A DNA stretch of 64,000 bases, from contig CBDBIB010000001.1 in the NCBI GenBank assembly GCA_965205945.1, forward strand, positions 448,001 through 512,000. Reading direction: 5' to 3'. Numbering within the stretch: the stretch's first letter is position 1; every line of letters starts with the position of its first letter. The position numbers and the translations under genes were made by a program. A model generated the notes under the pieces. It did no database searches, was not told where the DNA came from, and saw nothing but the letters and a program-made list of their open reading frames with translations. This document shows positions 60,757-64,000 of this stretch, in pieces. This DNA comes from Bdellovibrionales bacterium. GTDB lineage: Bacteria; Bdellovibrionota; Bdellovibrionia; Bdellovibrionales; UBA1609.

Positions 60757-62322
60757 TTAAAAACTTTTTTTAGAATTAGTTAAATGTTTTAAGTTTCCTG
60801 CCTCACGCTTTGCTCCACCATATTGCTTAAAACCTCTACCACCATTTTCAAAGGCTTTTTTAAAACAAGATTTCTTTTTAAAACCAGTCTGAGTACGTGA
60901 AAAGCTTGATCTTTTTTCATCACTAGAATTAGTGTTTGATTTTGATCTTTTAGAATAATTTCTTTTTAAACCAGTTTCACTAAATTCACTATGTTTTGAT
61001 TTAGCCCAACGCATACTTGGCCCAGCAGAAGAGCCCCTTTTTTTTCGTCTATCCGGCAACCCATTGTCATCTCTTCTACTACTCTTATGATCCCATTCTC
61101 TACGTCCTACAGCGGTTGAAGCCTTAGTGCGTCGATATTTTTTAAGGCTGTTATTTCTTCCTCCACCTTGACTCCTACTTTTAAAACGTCGTTCTTCACC
61201 GCCACTACTGCTAGTTAAAATATTCTTTAACTCAACACCTTGAATTTTATATCTTTTAGCCAATCTAATCCAAGCACTATGATCTTGACGAGCAACAAAG
61301 CTAAGAGCTTCACCTTCAGCCCCATTACGTGCAGTTCTTCCGATTCTATGAATATAATCTTCTTCTATTATTGGAAGATCATAATTAATAACGTGCCCAA
61401 CTAAAGGAACATCAATGCCACGAGATGCAACATCTGTTGCGCATAAAACTCTAGTTTTCTCAGTTCTAAAATTTTGAATAGAGCGGTTTCTTTTTCCCTG
61501 AGATAAATCTCCATGGATAATACCTACCTTAAAACCAAACTCTTGTAAGTAATCTGCAACTTCATCTGTTCTAAACTTTGTTCTAAAAAATACAATTATA
61601 GAACCCTTTCTTTTATTAAGTTCATCAACTAATTTATCATTTTTCTCTTTATTGTTAACTTGAAGAATTGATTGTTTAATCTTTTCAACTGGCAATGAAA
61701 CTCTTCCAACATCCATTTTAACTGGATCTTGAAGATAAACTTTAGCAAGATTTTTAACTTTAATTGGAAGTGTTGCTGTAAATAAAGAAGTCTGTCTGTT
61801 TTTAGGAAGATACTCTAAAATCTCATCAAGCTGAGGTTGAAAACCCATATCAAGCATTCTATCACCTTCATCTAAAACTAAGATCTTTGTTTTATCTAAT
61901 TTAATTGATCTACGCCTTAAATGATCATTAAGTCTACCAGGTGTTGCTACAAGAATACGTGGTTTATTTTTAAGAGCTCTAAATTGTCTCATCATATCTG
62001 TACCACCAACTAAAGTAGTCACTCTAATATTATCACAGTAACGTGTTAACTCCATCATGACGCCTGCAATTTGTTTTGCAAGTTCTCTTGTTGGTGCAAG
62101 AATTAAAGCATTTCTATTTTTTTCCTCTAAAAGCCTTTGAACTAGTGGAATACCGAAAGCACCTGTTTTACCAGATCCTGTTTCAGCACAAGCCATAATG
62201 TCTTTGCCCTCTAAAGATTGCTCTATTACAGCATTTTGAACCTTTGTGGGCTCTTTAAATTCAAGTTTAACCAACGCCTTTTTAATAGGCTCTGCCAAAG
62301 ACATATCCTGAAACTGCACCAT
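60757..62322 (-). CDS. DEAD-box RNA helicase (DEGD variant) with a basic C-terminal tail
   Basis: AETGSGKT; PTRELA; TPGR; DEGD; TAT; HRIGRTAR. Confidence 0.95.
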   Translation of the reverse strand: MVQFQDMSLAEPIKKALVKLEFKEPTKVQNAVIEQSLEGKDIMACAETGSGKTGAFGIPLVQRLLEEKNRNALILAPTRELAKQIAGVMMELTRYCDNIRVTTLVGGTDMMRQFRALKNKPRILVATPGRLNDHLRRRSIKLDKTKILVLDEGDRMLDMGFQPQLDEILEYLPKNRQTSLFTATLPIKVKNLAKVYLQDPVKMDVGRVSLPVEKIKQSILQVNNKEKNDKLVDELNKRKGSIIVFFRTKFRTDEVADYLQEFGFKVGIIHGDLSQGKRNRSIQNFRTEKTRVLCATDVASRGIDVPLVGHVINYDLPIIEEDYIHRIGRTARNGAEGEALSFVARQDHSAWIRLAKRYKIQGVELKNILTSSSGGEERRFKSRSQGGGRNNSLKKYRRTKASTAVGRREWDHKSSRRDDNGLPDRRKKRGSSAGPSMRWAKSKHSEFSETGLKRNYSKRSKSNTNSSDEKRSSFSRTQTGFKKKSCFKKAFENGGRGFKQYGGAKREAGNLKHLTNSKKSF

Positions 62323-62332
62323 ATTTTATTGT

Positions 62333-62387
62333 CCTCTCTAGATACGCATCATTGCTCTATCTTATCTTAGATTGATATCTAAAGAGG
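62333..62387 (-). promoter_or_regulatory. 5'UTR hairpin occluding the helicase SD
   Basis: CCUCUUUAGAUA pairs with UAUCUAGAGAGG (12 bp, one G-U); the 3' arm contains the SD. Confidence 0.6.
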
Positions 62388-62524
62388 GTTCGGCATAAAC
62401 TTAAGATTATTCGGGTCGATCTCTTAACTTTCAATCTAAGTCTGGTCTTACACTTATTTAAGCAAAGGAGTCAACGCATTATCAAAATTAATAATAAGTA
62501 CATTTCTAAAATTCATTAAAAATC

Positions 62525-63529
62525 CTATTTTTTATTTATAAAAGAGCAAACCAAGTGGTTTCTTGCTTTCTCTGAAATCTCACGCCCTCTTGGCCTTCGA
62601 ATCAAATACCCTTCCTTTAATAAATAAGGCTCATACACATCTTCAATAGTCGATCTATCTTCAGATAATGTTGCTGATAAAGCATCAATGCCAACAGGAC
62701 CTCCGTCATAGTAGTCCTTAATGACTCTAAGAATTCTCCTATCCATTTGATCAAGACCTTCTTTATCAATATCCATTAAACTTAATGCTTTTTGAACAAT
62801 GTTATTATTAACAACAGAAAATTCCCCAACTAACGCATAGTCTCTAACTCTTCTTAAAATCCGATTTGCAATTCTTGGAGTTCCCCTTGAGCACTTAGAT
62901 ATAATTTTAATAGCTTCAGCATTTAAATTTAATTTAATCTTCTTCGCATTATTTTCTACAATTCTTGCAAGCTCTAAAGGCTTATAAAATTGAAAATGTA
63001 AATGAGCAATAAACCTCTCACGCAATGGATTTGATAACAGTCCTGACCGAGTTGTAGCGCCAATTAAAGTAAAAGAGTTAAGATCAATTTGCATAGTGCG
63101 CGCAGAAGGCCCCTCACCTAAAACAATATCAAGTTTATAGTCTTCCATTGCAGAATATAACATCTCTTCTATAGAAATATTAATTCTATGAATCTCGTCA
63201 ATAAACAAAACATCATGAGGTTGAAGGTTTGTTAGCAATGAAGCTAAATCTCCTTTTTTCTCCAATGCAGGCCCAGACACAACATGGAGGTTAGTTCTTA
63301 ACTCTTTTGAAATAATCATCGCCAATGAAGTCTTACCTAAACCCGGAGGTCCAGATAAAAGTGCATGATCCATAGCAGCCTCTCTAATTTTAGCAGAGTT
63401 CACCATAAGTTTAATGTTTTCTACAACTTTTAACTGACCTATGTACTCAGAAAAGTTAAGCGGCCGTAAAAAAACTTCTGCTTTTTTTTCAGACGGCTCT
63501 TTAAAATGATCCATTAAACGTTCTGTCAT
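62525..63529 (-). CDS. ruvB: Holliday junction helicase RuvB
   Basis: GPPGLGKT; FIDEIHR; GATTR; RGTPRIA; EPYL. Confidence 0.97.
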   Translation of the reverse strand: MTERLMDHFKEPSEKKAEVFLRPLNFSEYIGQLKVVENIKLMVNSAKIREAAMDHALLSGPPGLGKTSLAMIISKELRTNLHVVSGPALEKKGDLASLLTNLQPHDVLFIDEIHRINISIEEMLYSAMEDYKLDIVLGEGPSARTMQIDLNSFTLIGATTRSGLLSNPLRERFIAHLHFQFYKPLELARIVENNAKKIKLNLNAEAIKIISKCSRGTPRIANRILRRVRDYALVGEFSVVNNNIVQKALSLMDIDKEGLDQMDRRILRVIKDYYDGGPVGIDALSATLSEDRSTIEDVYEPYLLKEGYLIRRPRGREISEKARNHLVCSFINKK

Positions 63530-63539
63530 ACAAACCTCT

Positions 63540-64000
63540 TTATATTTCTTTTAAAACTAAATGCACTAACTGTTCAACTTTTTTAATTGTATTTTCCTTT
63601 AAAATCCTTTGTGCAAGGGGAATAACTTTTTCTGTTTGAAATCCTAAATTTTCACAAGCCAATACCGTATCATTTAAAATTCTATCAGAATCTACACTCA
63701 TTTTAATTTTTTCAAGTTTTGTTGTAACCAAATCCCCATTACTAAAAACTCTTTCCTTCTTTAAAGTTTTTAGCTTAAAACTTAAAGGAGCTATAGAGTA
63801 CATTTTTATTTTATGTATTTTTTTACTTAAATCTAAAATAATTTGAGATGCAGCCTTAGTTCCGACTCCACTTACAGTAGTTAAAATACTTTTTTGCTCA
63901 GTCTTTACAGCCATAATAATTTGATCCAAACTAACTTTAGAAACAATATTATATGCTGATTTAGGCCCTACACCCTTTACCGTAGTCATCAATTCAAAAA
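63540..64000 (-). CDS. ruvA: Holliday junction protein RuvA, 5'-truncated by the window edge
   Basis: Two HhH motifs GVGPKSA and GVGTKAA; LGF domain III; directly upstream of ruvB. Confidence 0.9.
   Translation of the reverse strand, partial: FELMTTVKGVGPKSAYNIVSKVSLDQIIMAVKTEQKSILTTVSGVGTKAASQIILDLSKKIHKIKMYSIAPLSFKLKTLKKERVFSNGDLVTTKLEKIKMSVDSDRILNDTVLACENLGFQTEKVIPLAQRILKENTIKKVEQLVHLVLKEI

Noticed and set aside
1..64000. CRISPR arrays, tRNA, rRNA, prophage or integron attC arrays
   Set aside because: No regularly spaced repeats, tRNA-like T-arm, rRNA-like sequence, phage genes or integrase seen by eye

Overview
AT-rich bacterial chromosomal segment, most likely from a marine Bdellovibrionota. 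The evidence is a Bd0055-like histone, the rseP-tsaB-minD-like-J/HTH-rluD gene order, no dxr in the rpsB-rseP cluster, a FliA-type promoter, and Na+-NQR plus NhaA. Core genes: nagZ (partial), rluD, tsaB, rseP, cdsA, uppS, frr, pyrH, tsf, rpsB, ligA, rlmB-like, pyrF, proS, ntrY/ntrX-like, ribE/ribB/ribH, nqrABCDEF-apbE, a fused 5-oxoprolinase, 2-oxoacid:ferredoxin oxidoreductase, nhaA, a DEAD-box helicase, ruvB and ruvA (partial). The genome looks eroded: all IS elements seen (IS982, IS1595, IS5 families) are decayed, purT is a deleted pseudogene, and several spacers are long AT-rich stretches. The best candidate for an undescribed system is 47408-49654, a signal-peptide-bearing ClpA/ClpB-like AAA+ protein with a dead first ATPase module, a CUB domain where ClpB has its M-domain, and an intact second ATPase module lacking the GYVG pore loop. 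Also notable: an ATPase-less metal-uptake cassette bracketed by IS982 remnants, a bacterial histone, an NtrX lacking GAFTGA and Walker B, and an RBS-occluding hairpin in the DEAD-box helicase leader. No rRNA, tRNA or CRISPR array was seen. All family calls come from motif recognition by eye, not database searches.
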